Origin: an uncultured Planctomycetaceae bacterium
GTDB lineage: Bacteria; Planctomycetota; Planctomycetia; Pirellulales; PALSA-1355
DNA: 64,000 nt
Reading direction: 5' to 3'
Assembly: GCA_963785305.1 (NCBI GenBank)
Contig: CAWAUV010000001.1
Coordinates: forward strand, 32,001 to 96,000
Below, in pieces: positions 20,502-32,521 of this stretch. Below the pieces are notes generated by a model. The model ran no database searches. It was not told where the DNA came from and saw only the letters and a list, made by a program, of their open reading frames with translations. Position 1 is the first letter of the stretch. Each line of letters starts with the position of its first letter. The translations under genes were made by a program, and so were the position numbers.

Positions 20502-20999
20502 CTATTCATTGGGTGGATTCGGCTCATCGTTCCCGGCGCCGGGTTCGGCCGCGTCGTCGTCGATTTCCAGTCGCACTTCATCCAAGCGCCCGCCGCGCTG
20601 CTCCGTCGCTCGATCGATCTCGGCGGCATATTCAAGCTCGACGATCAATTCGTTGCGCGGCGCGAGGAACGCCGTGATGTCGAACCGCCGCGGATGGCGT
20701 CCGGCGATGCATCCCAACGGATGGCCGTTGATCGCGAGCCGCGCGGCGTCGTCCGCCCCCTCGCAAACGAGCCATACGCGCGTCGTGGGAGTGAGTCCGG
20801 TGGGACAAGCGAATCGTCGCACGCAGCGCACGCGACCGCAATAGTCCGTCCCCAGCAAAGGCGACCAATCGCCCGGCATCGCGAGCCGACCGCCGGCCGG
20901 CAGGTCACGTTCGATGGTTTGGCGGCGGCCGTCGACGCCTCCCACGAACCGCGCCACCGGCTCAAGCTCCCAGGGTCCACGTAAACGAATGCGATGCAC
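20502..20999 (-). CDS. Hypothetical protein resembling a stand-alone GH2 sugar-binding jelly-roll domain
   Basis: IRLRGPWE, RRFACP, VWLVCEG, INGHPLG, RFDIT, NELIVE motifs. Confidence 0.55.
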   Translation of the reverse strand: MHRIRLRGPWELEPVARFVGGVDGRRQTIERDLPAGGRLAMPGDWSPLLGTDYCGRVRCVRRFACPTGLTPTTRVWLVCEGADDAARLAINGHPLGCIAGRHPRRFDITAFLAPRNELIVELEYAAEIDRATEQRGGRLDEVRLEIDDDAAEPGAGNDEPNPPNE

Positions 21000-21066
21000 G
21001 CTCCACCTAACCTCGCGGAATTTGGCCGCGCGAGAAAATTCCGAGAACCGCGACCCCGTCCGTAAT

Positions 21067-23770
21067 TTATACCGGCTCGATCTTTGGTGGCGAACCTTCG
21101 ATCGGCAAGGTAAATCGCAACGTCATGCCGCCGCCGGGTCGATTGGCGCCGGTGATTTCTCCATGATGCAGACTGATGATCGCCCGACAAAGCGTGAGCC
21201 CGAGCCCCACGCCGCCGCGACTCGATGGACTGGGCGCCTGATGGAATTTGTCGAAGATGCGTTCGAGCTGGTCTTCGGGCACACCCGGCCCGTGATCGGC
21301 CACTTCGACCATCACGGCGCCCTCGGACCGTGAGGCGTTGATCTCGATCGGCGAGCCGGGCGGAGTGTGTTTCACCGCGTTTTCCAAGAGGTTGATCAGC
21401 ACCTGCTCGACCAGGAGCGAGTCGAGCGGCACGAGCGGAAGGCCAAACTCGATTTGGGTTTGCACCTGCCGGCCCTCGAGCGACCGCGACACGCGTTCGA
21501 GCACCGCGCCGATCACTTCCTCGATCGGCTGCCAGTCCTTGCGGGCCGAAAGGCCGCCGGCCTCGATGCGGGTCATTTCGAGTAGATTCGTCACCAGCCG
21601 GCCGAGTCGTTCGGATTCGTCGAAGATCGAGCGGGCGAGCTCGGCCCGGCTCGCGGGGTCGAGCTGGGCGTCGTGATCGAGCAGCGCGCTGCTGGCGCCC
21701 ATGATGGCGGCGAGCGGGGTGCGCAAATCGTGTGACACGCCGCTATAGAGCGAATGCCGCAATTGTTCGGCCTCGACTTGCAGCCGGGCTCGCTCGGCCG
21801 CGAGCGATGGCGCACGCGTTCGACCGTGAGCGCCAATTGGCCGGCGAACGTTTCGAGCAGCCGCATTTGTTCGGGACTCAATGCTTGCCAGCCCGCCTCG
21901 CCGGCGCGAAGCGTCAAGATGCCCACGGTGGTCTTGTGCGTGCGGAGCGGCAAGAACAAGGCGCTGCCGGCCGGCAAGGTATCGGTTCCGCGACCGGCCG
22001 GCTCGCCATGTTCATATACCCAGCGGGCGATCGCCAATTCCGACTCGGCCAGCGATCCCTCCATGCCTTCGGGACGCAAAAGCCGCAAGGGAAGCTCCGG
22101 CAGCGGCGGGTCTTCGGGCACAAGCAGGAAGATTTCGCTCCGAAACATTTCGCCCAAATGTTTCGCGGCCGCGGCGGCGATCTCCTCCGGCGCCGTGACT
22201 TCCACCAACTCACGACTCATGGCATAGAGCGCCGCCGACCGCTGTTCTCGCTGCCGGGCCGAGCGAATCTGAAACTTGATCCGCGTGGTAAGAGTGCTGA
22301 TAACGAGCCCGGTGAGCAGCATCACGACAAAGGTAAACGCATACTGCGCGTCGGCGACGACAAACGTAAACCGCGGCGGCACGAAAAAAAAGTCATACGC
22401 CGCCACTCCCAGCACCGCCGCCACGATCGCCTCGCCGCGCGCCCCAGGCCGACACCGCGACCACTCCGAGCAGATAGGTCATCACCAAGTTTTCCGGCGC
22501 GATCCGCGGAAAGAGCCAATACAGCAGATCGCCGAGCGCCGTGCAGAGCGCCACCACGCCCACGGCGCCCAAATAATGGAGCGCTCGCGAGCGACGCGGT
22601 CCGATGCGCCGCGCGAGCCGCCGGCGGCGTCGTGTCGCCGCTGATGACATAGATGTCGATATCGCCGGAGCGGCGCGTGAGCTCATAGACATAGGAACCG
22701 CCGAGCAATTCCTTCCATCGCGGCTGGTTCGGCTTGCCCACGATAATGCGCGAGATGTTGTGGAGCCGCGCATATTGCAGCACTTCCTCGGCCAGATCGG
22801 CTCCAGTGGCGGTCGCGGTTTGTCCGCCGAGGCGTTCGGCGAGGCTGAGTGTTTGCGCGAGCCGCTCCGCGTCGGTGGCGGAGAGATTGGCCGTGCTCGG
22901 GGTCTCGACATGAAGCGCCGTCCAGGGGGCGTGCAGGCTGGCCGCCATGCGGCGCGTGGCGCGAACCAGTTTTCCCGACATGGGACTCGAACTGACGCAT
23001 ACCAAAAGCCGGTCGCCGCTTGGAATCGTGCGCTCGATCGCGTGCTCTTGGCGAAATGCCGCCATTTGGGCATCGACCCGTTCCGCCGCGCGACGCATTG
23101 CCAATTCGCGGAGCGCGATCAGGTTGCCCTTCTGGAAGAAGTTGTCCATCGCCCGGGCCGCTTGCTGCGGCAAATAGACTTTGCCTTCGCGCATGCGCTC
23201 GAGTAGATCGTCGGGCGCGATGTCCACGAGCTCGATTTCCGTGGCGTTGTCGAATACGAAGTCGGGCGTTGTTTCGCGCACCACGATGCCCGTGATCTGC
23301 GCCACGACATCGTTGAGACTTTCAAGATGCTGCACATTGAGCGTGGTGTAGACATTGATGCCCGCGTCGCGCAGCGCTTCGATATCTTGCCAGCGCTTGG
23401 CGTGGAGCATGCCGGGCGCGTTGGTATGCGCGAGTTCGTCGACCAGGATCAACTCCGGCTTCCGCTCCAGAGCCGCCTGCAAGTCGAACTCCGGAAGCTG
23501 GGCGCTGCGGTAGCTCATCATGCGCACCGGGAGCATGTCGAGCCCCAACACCAGGGCCTGTGTCTCGGGCCGCACATGCGGCTCGACATATCCCACGACC
23601 ACGTCACGGCCTTCCTTGGCCTGCTTGCGGCCGGCCTCGAGCATCGCGTAGGTTTTGCCGACTCCCGGCGCGGCGCCGAAAAAGAGCTTGAGCCCGCCGC
23701 GGGCACTGCGCGCTTCCTCGGCCACCACGCGGGCCAAGAGCGCATCGGGATCGGGACGCGTGTCTGGCAT
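21067..23770 (-). CDS. kdpD: Sensor histidine kinase KdpD, several frameshifts
   Basis: FFGAAPGVGKTYAML, LVDELAHTN, TTLNVQHLESLND, Usp region, DUF4118 TM (YDFFFVPPRFTF), GAF, SHDLRTPL, NLLENA, GLGL. Confidence 0.93.
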
Positions 23771-23969
23771 GATTTCGCACTTGCTTCCATTTCCGCGGGC
23801 GTCGAACGAATCGGCCTGTTTAATAAATTTCAACAGGCTGGAATGCGAGGGCTCGGCAGCGCGAATCGTCGCGACGGTCGCCCGATTGCGCCCGCGATTC
23901 TAGCGGATCGCGAGATGGTTTTTGAAGCGAGCCGCGCTTTTTGCGGCTCCTACCGCCGTTCGTCTCGAC

Positions 23970-23999
23970 TTGTCAGAATCTCCTTAAACGGCCTAGAAT
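23970..23999 (+). promoter_or_regulatory. Possible sigma-70 promoter of nuoA
   Basis: TTGTCA-N18-TAGAAT about 110 bp upstream of nuoA. Confidence 0.45.
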
Positions 24000-24109
24000 A
24001 ACCGCGTTGCGCCTCGGGCTGCGGCTTTGTCCGAGGTCGCCGGCGCTGAGGCGCCCGCGGATTGTCCCCGCCCGCCTGGGTTTCCGACAGCACTAGAAGA
24101 ATCGTTCGC

Positions 24110-24811
24110 ATGCCTTCTCCCACCATGATCGCCGCTTATGTGGCCCTGTTTGTCGTCGCCGGCGCCGGCTTTTTGTTTTTCAATCTGCTGGTGGGGCATT
24201 TCCTGCGGCCACGAAGTCCGAACCGCGATAAGCTCGAAATCTATGAGTGCGGCGAACCGACGATCGGATCGAGCTTCGTTCAATTCGACTTGCGATTTTA
24301 TGTGGTGGCGCTTTTGTTCGTGGTCTTCGATGTCGAGGTGGCGCTCCTGTTTCCTTGGGCGGTGGTTTATGGCAAAGCGGTGCATTTGATGGACCCACGC
24401 GTGGCGATTTCGACCCCGGAAGCTCCCGCCGGAGCCGAGGCGCCGGCTGCAAGCGAATCGGCGATGTCCGGCCCGCTTTCGCCCGACGCCGCGGCGATCT
24501 TCGCTGAAATGGGCGTGCCGCGTCCCCAGAGCCAAGCGATCGACGGGCGACCGGCAGAGAACGCCGTGGCTGAGAATCATGTTCAGTCGCGATCGACCGG
24601 CGATCAAGTGTACTCTCTCGGCCGTTCGATCGCCGGCATGGCGCTCATCGACGGAGCGATTTTTTTCGCGGTGCTCGCCGTGGGATTCGCCTATGTTTGG
24701 AGTCGCGGCGACCTCGATTGGGTGCGAGCCAGCAGCCCGAGCTCGCTGCAATCGGCCGATGCCGAGTTGCCGAATCCCCGCCCCACCGACGAGCGCTCGC
24801 TGCTTGTGTGA
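24110..24811 (+). CDS. nuoA: NADH-quinone oxidoreductase subunit A with a long loop insertion
   Basis: KLEIYECGE, FDLRFYVVALLFVVFDVEVALLFPWA, YVWSRGDLDW. Confidence 0.93.
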   Translation: MPSPTMIAAYVALFVVAGAGFLFFNLLVGHFLRPRSPNRDKLEIYECGEPTIGSSFVQFDLRFYVVALLFVVFDVEVALLFPWAVVYGKAVHLMDPRVAISTPEAPAGAEAPAASESAMSGPLSPDAAAIFAEMGVPRPQSQAIDGRPAENAVAENHVQSRSTGDQVYSLGRSIAGMALIDGAIFFAVLAVGFAYVWSRGDLDWVRASSPSSLQSADAELPNPRPTDERSLLV

Positions 24812-24886
24812 AGCGAGTCGTTCGAAAGGGGCGGCGGAGCACGAATTCATTTCCGATTCTTATCCGATTCACTTCCGCGAGACACG

Positions 24887-25417
24887 ATGAACGCCCAAGA
24901 GATTTTCGAGCGTCTGAAAACCATGTTCGGCGACGATCCGCTCCGCGTCGAAACCGACGCGATCGATCCCTGGATTGAGATTCGTCCGGGACGATTGCTC
25001 GATGTTTGCCAAGCCCTGCGTGACTCGACTGACCTCGAATTCGATTTCTTGAACTGCATTACCGCGGTCGATTATCTGGAAACCGATCCCAAGCGCGCGG
25101 CCAGGCCGAGTTTCGAGCCCCATCTGGAATTGGTCTATCATCTGTCGAGCATCGCGCGGCGGCATCGGTTGGTGCTCAAAGTGTCGCTGCCTCGCTGGAA
25201 GAACGACACGCCCGGAGTGCTGCCCGAGGTTGCCAGCGTGGCCGGACTCTGGCGAACGGCCGATTGGCATGAACGCGAGGTTCACGATCTCTCGGGCGTG
25301 TGGTTCGTCGGGCATCCCGACTTGCGGCGCATACTTTGTCCCGAGGATTGGGAAGGCCATCCACTGCGCAAGGACTATGAAATGCCGCTGGAATACCACG
25401 GCATTCGCGGCCGGTGA
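24887..25417 (+). CDS. nuoA-like operon nuoC: NADH-quinone oxidoreductase subunit C
   Basis: [33 protein letters not shown]...[10 protein letters not shown]. Confidence 0.93.
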   Translation: MNAQEIFERLKTMFGDDPLRVETDAIDPWIEIRPGRLLDVCQALRDSTDLEFDFLNCITAVDYLETDPKRAARPSFEPHLELVYHLSSIARRHRLVLKVSLPRWKNDTPGVLPEVASVAGLWRTADWHEREVHDLSGVWFVGHPDLRRILCPEDWEGHPLRKDYEMPLEYHGIRGR

Positions 25418-25505
25418 AAGCCGGCGAGAGGCAGCGTGTTTTCGGCGCTTGATTGCATGCGTTGCACGCGCAGGAATGTTTCGCGCACAGAAAGAAGAAA
25501 GCGCC

Positions 25506-26728
25506 ATGTCTGCTACTGCCGGAGTTAATCGGGTCGACGATCCGCGGATCATTGAATTCGACGTGCGCACCGATGAAATGCTGGTCAACATGGGCCCGCA
25601 GCATCCGAGCACGCACGGCGTGTTGCGACTGGTGCTGCGCACCGATGGTGAAATGGTCCATGAGATCACGCCGCATATCGGCTATTTGCATCGCTGCGCC
25701 GAGAAGATCGGCGAGAACCTCGCGCCCGGCAATTCATTCCGTATACCGACCGGATGGATTATCTAGCCGGCATGAACATGAACCTCGGCTGGGCGCTCAC
25801 GGTCGAAAAACTGATGAAGCTCGAACTGCCCGACAAAGCCCGGCACTTGCGGGTGATCATCGTCGAGCTCGGGCACATCGCCAGTCACTTGCTCGGCATG
25901 GGCGCCTTCGGACTCGACTTGGGTTCGTTCACTCCGTTTCTCTACGCGCTCCGCGAGCGGGAGAAAATTCTCGACCTCTTCGAGGAAGCCTGTGGCGCAC
26001 GGCTCACTTACAGCTATCTCACCGTGGGCGGGGCGACCGCCGATTTGCCGCCCGGCTGGCTCGACCGCTGCTCGGCGTTCTTGGATCGGTTCGTGCCGGT
26101 CGTGGCCGATTATCACACCCTGCTCACGACCAATTCGATTCTCATCCGCCGCACCGCGGGCAATGGAGTGCTCTCGGCCGCAATGGCTAAAAGCTACGGC
26201 TGCACGGGCCCGGTGCTTCGCGGCAGCGGAGTCGACTGGGACCTGCGCCGCGATGGCGAGCCCTACTACACGCGCCTGTACGACGGCTACCAGTTCGAGG
26301 TGATCGTGTCGCGAGGTGGCGAGTACCCGCGCGACCAGTTGTATCCGGCTGTGCCCGAGTCGGCCGTGCTGGGCGACTGCTGGCATCGCTTTTATGTGCG
26401 CATGCTGGAAGTCATGCAGTCGATCAGCTTGGTGCGTCAAGCGATGGAGCGGTACCGCTCGGCCACGGGCCACTGGGGCAAGCCGATCCGTATCTTGGAA
26501 AAGCTGCCCAAGGGCGAAGCGTATCTCGAAACCGAAGCCCCACGAGGGCAGATGGGTTTTTATGTGGTGAGCCTTGGCGGCGGGCCGATCCCCTGGCGGG
26601 TGCGCGCCCGCAGCAGTTGCTTCTCGAACCTGTCGGTGAGTCCGGAGCTATGCCGGGGATGCTTGGTTGCCGACGTGCCGGCGATCGTCGGCTCGCTGGA
26701 CATCATGCTCGGCGAAATCGACCGTTGA
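25506..26728 (+). CDS. nuoD: NADH-quinone oxidoreductase subunit D, frameshift ~25728
   Basis: [42 protein letters not shown]. Confidence 0.95.
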
Positions 26729-27093
26729 CGGCGCCCACGCGGGCCCGAGCGGCCAGCGTGGGGATTTGCTCGACGATTTCAGCGAACGAATTCCTTCGCT
26801 CGCGATTCAGGCTTGTGAGAGCAAATCTCGCGAATTTAGGCCGATCGCGGCGATATCGCTTGCATTCCCGGTCGACCCGGCCACCGCTCCTGAATCTGCT
26901 CGCGGCGGTTCAAATCCTGCATTACAATGCCTTCTCGGCGCCACTCGCTTTCATGGCATCGGTCCCCGGGGCGCCGCGTCGAGCGGTGCATGGGCAATTC
27001 GCGAGTCGCGCTGCCTGCCTACCTATCGAAAATCCCGTCGCATCGTTTTCCACTTCGGATTCCAATGGACTTTCATTGCGGGAGTAACGAGCA

Positions 27094-27600
27094 ATGACAC
27101 ACTGTAGCGCTTGCAATCACATGATTTTGTTTGGTGGCGTGAAGCGTCCTCAAGGCGTATTCTGCAGCGATCTTTGCGCCGAGGGCGCCGCCATGAAGCA
27201 GGTCGCAAGTTCGGTCGCGCCGACGGAAATCGACCGCCAAGTGCGCGATATTCATGAAGGCGCGTGTCCGAGATGCGGTGGCCCTGGACCGATCGATATC
27301 CATGTTTCGCATCGCGTGTATTCGGTGCTCGTCTTGACGCGATACAGCACCCATCCCATGCTCTGTTGCCAACATTGCGGTCGCGCCGCGAGGTATAAGA
27401 ATGCCCTGTTTTCGTCGGTTTTCGGCTGGTAGGGATTTCCCTTTGGCCTCTTGATCACGCCGGTGCAGGTAATCCGCAACCTGGGCAGCGCATTTGGATT
27501 GGGGCAACCCAAGCCCGAGACGCCCTCTCCGGCTCTCCGTAATTTAGTCGCGCTTCGGCTCGCCCAACGCCAACAACTCCCCGCCGAACCGCGGAATTAA
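27094..27600 (+). pseudogene. Cys-rich (Zn-binding) membrane protein interrupted by in-frame TAG at 27430
   Basis: CSAC, FCSDLC, CPRC, CCQHC; frame continues past TAG as FGW*GFPFGLLITPVQVIRNL to TAA at 27600. Confidence 0.6.
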
Positions 27601-27630
27601 TCGCATGTTCGGCGGAATAGATGGGACGGT

Positions 27631-29396
27631 TTAGATCATATAGTACAGCGTCCCCTCCGCCGCGTTCGCCTCATTGCGGCGGGGGCAGTGGTCGCAGCGC
27701 GCCTCGCCGAGAAGTTCGTAGGCGTAGCGCAAGGCCGCCAGGGTCGAGGAGAAATTGGCGCCCGTCTCGTGGAACACTCGCTCGGGCGGGAGCCAGGCGT
27801 TGAAGCCCACCTTTTCCATCGCGCTGGCAAAGTCGGGCCGCACTCCGCAGAGCAGCGTCACCGCGTCGCGTCGGTTCATGTCCTGCAAGAAATGCTGCAA
27901 TCGCTCGAGACACGCCACATCCGGGTTGCGAGCCCGCTTTAGACGCAGCACCACCACGCTTGCTCCCTCGTCGACCCGGGCGCGAAGTTCGTCGAGGTAG
28001 CGATCGAGTTCCCAGGCAGCGCCGAAGAACAACTCGCCCTCGAAGTCGTAAATCACGAGCTGGCTGCATTGCGGATCGCTCGGCTGGCGCTCGCGCACGA
28101 ACCGCTGGGCGTCGACCACGAGCTCATCGGCCCGCAGCCGCGCCGCGCGGGGAATAAACAACACGATCGAGATCGCCGCGCCGATGAGTATCGAGTATTC
28201 CACTCCGAGCAGCACCGCCGAAAGCGCCGTGGCAAGCACCAGAATCGCGTCGTAGCGCGAGGCTCGCACCGCATAGCGCAAGCGAGCCCAGTCGACGAGG
28301 CCGGCGGCGGTGACCATCAGAATGCCCGCCAGCGCCGCCTTGGGAATAAAACGCGCCAGCGGCGCGAAGAGCAGCACCACCACCGCCACGGCCGCGGCCG
28401 CGAACACGCCCGACCAGCGTGTCGAGGCGCCGGCTTGAAAATTGATCGCCGAGCGGGTGAGCGAACCCGAGCCAGGCAGACATTGAAAGAAGCCGCCCGT
28501 CAGGTTGGCGATGCCTTCGGCCAAGCACTGGCGGTTGTAGTCGAGTGGCTCGCGGGTCCGATTCGAGATGCTCTTGGCGATCGTGAGCGCTTCAAGCAAG
28601 CCCAGCAGCGATACCGCCACGGCGCCGCCCGAGAGCTTGGCGGGCCAATCGGCATGAATTTCGGGCAGATGAAAGGCGGGCAAACCGGCGGGCGCCGCAG
28701 GCACGACCGGCAACAGGGCGCGGCCGTTTTCCTGGGGTCGCGTCCAATCCAGGCGCTGGCCACGAGCGAGACCATCACCAGCGTGAAGATCATGTCGAAT
28801 CGTGGCAGTCGATATTTGCGCAGTGATGCGCCGGGCGGCGATTATCAGCACAATCGTTCCCAGTCCCACGGCGAGCGCCGCGGCTTGATGGCGCCGCCGG
28901 TGGTCAGCGTCAGATACAAGCGATACAGCAAGTGCTGATGTCCGCCGCCTTTGTCCGAAATACCGAGCAGATTGCCGATCTGACTGAGCGCGATCAGCGT
29001 TCCGGCGCCGGCCATGAATCCCAGGACGACCGATTCGGAAATGTATCGCGTGAGATCCCCCAGCCGCATGAGAGCGATCACGATCTGAATCGCGCCGGAC
29101 AGGATCGCCAGGAGGCACATCGCCTCGAACGCCGACGGCCTTTGCTCGGGATCGAGAAACGAGAGCGCGCTGAAAACCACGAGCGAAATCGCGTTGGTCG
29201 GACCATTGATCAAATGGCTCGAGGAGCCAAAGATCGAGGCCACGGCCGTGACGACGATCGCCGAATATAAGCCATACCGCGGATCGACGCCGGCGATCAT
29301 GGCATAGGCCATCGCCTGCGGCACGGCGATCGCCGCCACCGTGGCGCCCGCGACCACGTCGCCATGAAACTGTTTCGAGGTATAGGCGAAGCGCAT
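27631..29396 (-). CDS. SulP/SLC26 anion permease with STAS domain, frameshifted
   Basis: GDVVAGATVAAIAVPQAMAYA, GPTNAISL, PGSGSLTRSAIN, EGELFFGAA. Confidence 0.9.
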
Positions 29397-29518
29397 GGTT
29401 GCAGGCGGTCCCCGGCTATTGGCGTGAGACGGGCTTTCGCCCGCGTTGGTTCGGTCGCCCGCTCGCCGCGGCAAGCGGGCCGGATTCTGGAAACAGGGTT
29501 TGGCGTCGGGAAAAAAAT

Positions 29519-30459
29519 TCACCGCTCGAGCGGCATGTGTTCGTCTCGGAGTCGGACTCTTTCGCCAAGCGATCGCGGCAAGCGCGGCATGGCGCCGCGA
29601 TGGCGGCACACTTCGGCGGCGACTTCATTGGCAAACGCGTTTTTCGCCTCGAGACTCCAGCCGGCGAAATGTCCGACGACAAGCGCCGCGGTAAATGCGT
29701 CGCCGGCGCCGATGCTATCGACCACATCGACCGCCGTTCCGGGGAAGTCGGCCACGCGGCCGTCGCCTTGGAGCAAGCTGCCGTGTTTGCCGCGAGTGAG
29801 CGCGACCCAGGTTAGTTCGAATCGCCGGGCCAGTTCGGTCAGTTGTTGAGCCGGGTCGCCGGTCAAGGAAAACATACGGCCGAGCACCGGCAGTTCGTCT
29901 TCGTTGACCTTAAGCGCCGTGGCCAGGGCAAGCGAGCTTTCGATTACTTCGCGAGTATGGAATTCTTGTCGCAGGTTGATGTCGAACACGCGCAGCGATG
30001 CGCGCGGCGCCGCGGCGACAAGCGATTGAACGGATCGCATCGCCACCGGCGAGCGCTGACCGAGCGTGCCGAAGCAGACCGCGTCGGCCCCGCGCGCGCG
30101 GCGAGCGCCTCGGGCGGGGCCGCGAGCTGGTCCCACGCCACGTCGGTATGAATGATAAAGCGATGCGTGGCGCCCTGGGCCGTCGCGCCGGCGGCGGGCG
30201 CGGCGTCGAATTCAACGGTCACGGTTCCGGTCGGCGCCGCGGGATCGATTTGCACCAACTCCACCGACAGACCACGCTCGGCCAAGAGCGACAGCGCGTC
30301 GCGTCCGGCGGAATCGGCGCCCACTCGCGAAATGAAGGCAACGTCGGCGCCAAGCTGCCCGGCGTGAAAGGCGAAATTGGCCGGCGCCCCGCCAAGCTGC
30401 CGCCCGCCGGGCAGTAAATCCCAGAGGGTTTCGCCGATCGCAACGACTTTAGGGGGCAT
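29519..30459 (-). CDS. PfkB-family carbohydrate kinase (fructokinase-like), frameshift ~30095
   Basis: IGETLWD, GGAPANFA, FDINLR, LKVNEDE, VDSIGAGDAF. Confidence 0.9.
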
Positions 30460-30604
30460 GCGCGATTCCTGGACCGGAGCGGGCGAAGCGTGGTGGTGGT
30501 TTTTTTGGGCGGAGTGCGTGGCGAAGTTTCGCGGGCGATGGCGAACTGGAAAAACCCACGGGGCTGTATTATGTTAGGAATGTTCGCTCAACGCGCCTAT
30601 CTCT

Positions 30605-31030
30605 ATGTCCCCCCTGTGTCCCCGTCTGGAGCTCGCTTACTTGGGCAGTTCATCGACCGGTCCCGATTTTTCGCGCGGCGGCGGCATTTTGCCCGCCGTG
30701 GCGCAAGACGCCGAGACCGGCAAAGTGCTGATGCTCGCGTATATGAATCGCGAGAGCTATGAGGAAACCTTGGCCACGGGCCGGGCGGTGTACTTCAGCC
30801 GCAGCCGGCAAAAACTGTGGCGCAAGGGCGAGCAGAGTGGTAATTATCAAATGGTCGACGAGATTTTCGTCGATTGCGACGCCGACGCGATTCTGCTCAA
30901 AGTTCGGCAGTCCGGCGGCGCCGCCTGCCACAAAGGCTATGCCTCGTGTTTCTTCCGCCAAGTGGCCGATGGCGGTTTGAAAGTCATCGGGGAGCGAGTC
31001 TTCGATCCCAAGGCCGTTTACAAGAAATGA
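30605..31030 (+). CDS. hisI: Phosphoribosyl-AMP cyclohydrolase
   Basis: [41 protein letters not shown]. Confidence 0.95.
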   Translation: MSPLCPRLELAYLGSSSTGPDFSRGGGILPAVAQDAETGKVLMLAYMNRESYEETLATGRAVYFSRSRQKLWRKGEQSGNYQMVDEIFVDCDADAILLKVRQSGGAACHKGYASCFFRQVADGGLKVIGERVFDPKAVYKK

Positions 31031-31159
31031 CGCTCGCCGCGAGTCGCCGCGCAAACAAAACTCCCGGTCGATCGATTCCAGGCGAATGAAGCCAGCCGAT
31101 GCGGAAAGTTCGCCACGCTGGTCGATGGTCTCTTTTTCAAGGATAGGAAGTCTTCTCGC

Positions 31160-31619
31160 ATGAGCGCCGACGATCGTTTCGCCGCCCTGGGTCTTTCGCT
31201 TCCGCCCGCGCCAAGCCGGTGGGAGTCTACAAGCCGACGCTCGTCGTCGGGTCGCTCCTCCACACCTCGGGTCATGGGCCGCTATTGCCCGATGGTTCGC
31301 TGATTTTGGGCAAAGTGGGCGACACGGCCGATGTGGCCCAAGGCTATGCGGCGGCGCGGCAAGTGGGGCTCGCGATTCTCGCCTCGCTCAAGGCGGAGCT
31401 CGGCTCGCTCGACCGCGTGCGGCGAGTGGTCAAGGTGTTTGGGCTCGTCAATTGCACGCCCGACTTTTATCAGCAGCCAGCCGTGCTCAATGGATGTAGC
31501 GAGCTGTTTCGCGATGTCTGGGGCGCCGACGCCGGCGTGGGCACGCGAGAGCGCCGTGGCGCGCCAGCTTGCCGCTCAACATGATGGTCGAAATCGAAGC
31601 GATCTTCGAGCTGGCGTAA
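31160..31619 (+). CDS. RidA/YjgF family protein, frameshifts ~31218 and ~31548
   Basis: Manual start MSADDRFAALGLSLPPAP; SGHGP, VVKVFGLVN, NGCSEL, ending LPLNMMVEIEAIFELA*. Confidence 0.85.
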
Positions 31620-31687
31620 CACGGCGCGGCCGGCAGCGGAGCGGCCAAAACGCCTTGTGCTCGCCAGTTTTCTCGCCCTCCCCGCGT

Positions 31688-32374
31688 TCAATGGTCCTCT
31701 TCGTCGATCGGCTGCCAAGCGGCGTCGATCGTGTCCAGTTCCGCGGACGCCTCGAGCTCTGACATGGGAATGAAATAGTGGCCGCCCAAGGCGTCGACAC
31801 GCTTGGTGATCGAGCGCGCCTCGGAAATCGATTCGTGCGGCCCACGAATGTAAAACGGCTTGCCGTCCTTGCCGAACTGGAATTCGGCCAGGGAGAGAGA
31901 CGGATCAATGCCTTCGAGCAGAAGCCGCGCGGCGCGAAAATCGGGGTGCGGCGCGAAACCGAGCGACTGACCGTAGTCGACCGCAAGATGCACGAGCTTC
32001 GAAAAATACTCCGGCTTGACCAATTCTAGCCGCCCGCCACTTTCTTCGATGCGCTCCCGCAGGGTCTTAAATTCGCCGGGCGACAAAATCCTCCACATGG
32101 CGTTCTTGACCCCGAGGCAAAAGGCATCGACCAGAAACACCGCGCACGCGAGGTTTCCATCGGGCATGCGCCGGGCAAACACCAATTGGCCCAAGCCTTC
32201 AGACCAAAGGTTTTCCGGAACCAGCGAGGCGACGACCGGCCAGAGATGCGCCGCCTTCAGCCGCACGGCGGGATTTGGCGAGGAACTTCGCGCCAGTTCC
32301 CTGCGACGCGCATTGCGCTTGGCTTTTTGCTTGGCCAGCTTCTTCTGTTCACGGGCTCCATGCTGTTTGGGCAT
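31688..32374 (-). CDS. Conserved-looking hypothetical protein (basic N-terminus; FLVD.FCLGVKNA; FGKDGKPFYI.GP)
   Basis: Intact ORF 31688..32395; start 32374 or 32395. Confidence 0.7.
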   Translation of the reverse strand: MPKQHGAREQKKLAKQKAKRNARRRELARSSSPNPAVRLKAAHLWPVVASLVPENLWSEGLGQLVFARRMPDGNLACAVFLVDAFCLGVKNAMWRILSPGEFKTLRERIEESGGRLELVKPEYFSKLVHLAVDYGQSLGFAPHPDFRAARLLLEGIDPSLSLAEFQFGKDGKPFYIRGPHESISEARSITKRVDALGGHYFIPMSELEASAELDTIDAAWQPIDEEDH

Positions 32375-32521
32375 CGACAAATCCTTTCTTGGCAAATGAG
32401 TGTTCCCGCCCGAATGCCAAGTTTTACCGCGGCCCGCACCCCGAGGACAAGTCTCGGCGCCTTGCCGTAGCGGGTGATCGGTGCGGTGGTCGACCGAGCC
32501 GGGGCCATCGGCTTTTCGGGT

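Noticed and set aside
27430..27432. Pyrrolysine or stop-codon reassignment at TAG
   Set aside because: Other genes here end normally in TAG, no pyl genes are visible, and TGG>TAG is the simpler explanation
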